A stretch of 63,822 bases of DNA, the filler included, from Octopus bimaculoides (lineage: Eukaryota): the NCBI RefSeq assembly GCF_001194135.2. It is 5 parts of 5 records of this genome, joined end to end, with 100 filler letters (N's around TTAATTAATTAA, not from the genome) between each part and the next. Parts side by side here need not be neighbours in the genome. Positions count along the whole stretch, not along the records: positions 61,684 to 63,822 come from NC_068983.1; 4 more parts are not named here. One strand, written 5' to 3'. A model generated the notes under the pieces. The model searched no databases. It was not told where the DNA came from and saw nothing but the letters and a program-made list of their open reading frames with translations. The translations under genes and the position numbers were made by a program. Below are positions 61,690 through 63,822 of this stretch, piece by piece (position 1 is the first letter of the stretch; the number at the start of each line of letters is the position of its first letter).

Positions 61690-63264
61690 TAGGGTTGCCA
61701 ACCGTCCTTTATTTCAAAGGACAGCCCTTTGTTCAGCCCTAGTTGTCCTTGTCCTTTATTGAGATTTGAAATGACACTATTTTTCCTTTTTTTTTTAAAT
61801 CGTTTTGACTAGTAGTTCAATTTCCTGCTCTCAAGATGTGATTGCAAAAGCATTTACTTCTTATAAGAGTGCAGACTCTGTCAACTCTGTAGTCTGCACG
61901 ATACCAGAAGCACAGAGCGGCAGACTGCAGACCAGGGTGTAAAATTAGCCTCATTTTATGTATAACTCAATTCTCTATTTCAAAAAAAAGGCACTCATTT
62001 TGAGAAAATGAGAAAATCGTAAACTATGTTATTAAATATGAGAATCACCGCCAAGAAAAAAGAAAACAAAAATCAATAGAGAAAGAAAGGAGGTGCTGTT
62101 GGACATTTGGAAAAGTAATACCTCCACCTGAACTAAACTGGGACTCATGATGAAGAAGAACCAAAACAAATATGGCGTATTATACAACAAGGTAGTGATG
62201 AGGCCCTTCACAAAATCAAGCCATAAATTGTTATAAATACCAGAAGAACAGTGAAATCTATGAGAAAACTTGTAATAGTAGCACCAATATTTCATATTAT
62301 TATCATCATCTTTATCAGATAACAATATTAATTGAAAGTGTGATTTTGAGACAAGATAATTTTTATATTGTTACAAGAATGTACTGATTAGGCCCAACTT
62401 TTCAAGTGCTAGAATTTTGATTTCTGTTCACATTTCAAGTTATGTGTCTTTTAGATACATGTTTGTCGGGCCATATAGTGTCTTTTTACTTAATATTGTC
62501 ATGGTTTGGTGAAAAGTTATAATTAGTAATTATTATTTTCAAATTCAATGCAACTAGTGACATTATCGTGAACCTGTGAGGCCCAGAGCTTGTTGCTTGT
62601 TCAGTTGGATGCTAGTTCTCTTGCACCCCTCCATTAAATGGCCAAGAACTAGGCTAGAGAATATTTCTTTAAGTAAGTTAATTTCAGGAGTTTGAAGTTA
62701 TAAGAAATTCTGGGCTTTATGTGCTAGCATACTTTGCTTTTTCAGAAGCTAAATAGACCTACCATAGCCTAAGTTATATTCCCATATTATTTGAAATAAC
62801 TTCTAACGGCGTCTGTGGGAGTTTGCAGATGATTGATCATTGACCTTTTCTTCACTCTCCTTAGACACAACAGAAAATGATGAACTCACATAAAGAATCT
62901 TGCAAACCAAATCCAAAAATGAAATATTTTGAAAACATTGATACATTTAAAGTCCATAAATTTCAAAATAAAATACCACTTTCTGCTTGTTGTTTTTGCG
63001 CTTATGAAGAGTTCAGAGCTTTTGATAGTGTTGAAGTTTCTTTGAATTAATACTACTTTATCAAAAAGTTCATCCATATCTAATTTAAGCTTTCCTTCTC
63101 ACTTCAAATGTTCTACTACTTCTACAAATTTCTGAAACTTTGGAAATGTAATTTTGAACTGCATTTAATATTGGCATTTATTATAATCTATAGGAACTGA
63201 ATCGAAATTTGGGCAAAATAAAGATTTTGTCCTTTATTATAGCTAAACAGAGTTGGCGACCCTA
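61690..63264. mobile_element. hAT (Tip100-like) element remnant bounded by terminal inverted repeats
   Basis: tagggttgccaac at 61690 and gttggcgacccta ending at 63264; degenerate internal coding; target duplication only partly visible because of the gap. Confidence 0.65.
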
Positions 63265-63280
63265 GTCTATCAAAGTTGAG

Positions 63281-63815
63281 TGGTAAGTAGCTTGCTTTTG
63301 AAACACACGGTTCCTGGTTTAGTCCCATTGCGTGGCACCTTGGGCAAGTGTCTTCTACTATAGCCTCGGGCCGACCAAAGCCTTGTGAGTGGATTTAGAA
63401 GACAGAAACTGAAAGAAGCCCGTCGTATATATGTATATATATGTATTGAGTGGCTGTGTGGTAAGTAGCTTGCTTACCAACCACATGGTTCCTGGTTCAG
63501 TCCCACTGCGTGGCACCTTGGGCAAGTGTCTTCTACTATAGCCTCGGGCCGACAGAAACTGAAAGAAGCCAGTCGTATATATGTATATATATATGTATGT
63601 GTGTGTATATGTTTGTGTGCCTGTGTTTGTCCACCCAATATCGCTTGACAACCGATGTTGGTTTGTTTACGTCCCCGTAACTTAACGGTTCGACAAAAAA
63701 GACCGATAGAATAAGTACTAGGCTTACAAAGAATAAGTCCTGGGGTCGATTTGCTCGATTAAAGGCGGTGCTCTAGCATGGCCAGTCAAATGACTGAAAC
63801 AAGTAAAAGAGAGTA
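63281..63815 (+). mobile_element. SINE family S2: partial head copy followed by a near-complete copy
   Basis: gtggtaagtagcttgctt...ggttcctggttcagtccc...gcaccttgggcaagtgtcttctactatagcctcgggccgac occurs twice, then the 3' body. Confidence 0.85.
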
Positions 63816-63822
63816 TATATAT

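Overview
AT-rich, microsatellite-, SINE- and gap-laden animal genomic DNA. The repeat landscape looks like a coleoid cephalopod, probably Octopus (inference). Most ORFs in the supplied track are artefacts of N-runs or simple repeats. Manual splice-aware reading found three host-gene elements. (A) A minus-strand gene with four phase-consistent exons (32608-26213) encoding a divergent PHM-like (peptidylglycine alpha-hydroxylating monooxygenase) N-terminal subdomain; all four expected Cys are kept but the Cu-binding HH is changed to NH. (B) Divergently oriented on the plus strand, a TATA/Inr promoter, a signal-peptide exon (40782-40827) and an exon (42202-42716) encoding an apparently undescribed 186-aa multi-copy peptide precursor with KR/RR cleavage sites and G-RR amidation signals. 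(C) Further plus-strand candidate exons with weak PHM-like similarity, ending in a 1.25-kb exon rich in dibasic sites and internal repeats (59218-60489). The best candidate for a new system is therefore an amidated-peptide precursor clustered with, and possibly co-transcribed with, amidating-enzyme paralogues. The rest is RTE, R4/Dong-like, Tx1-like and Penelope-like retroelement fragments, mariner and hAT remnants, tRNA-derived SINEs and several local inverted or direct duplications. No database searches were run; homologies are judged by eye against remembered sequences.
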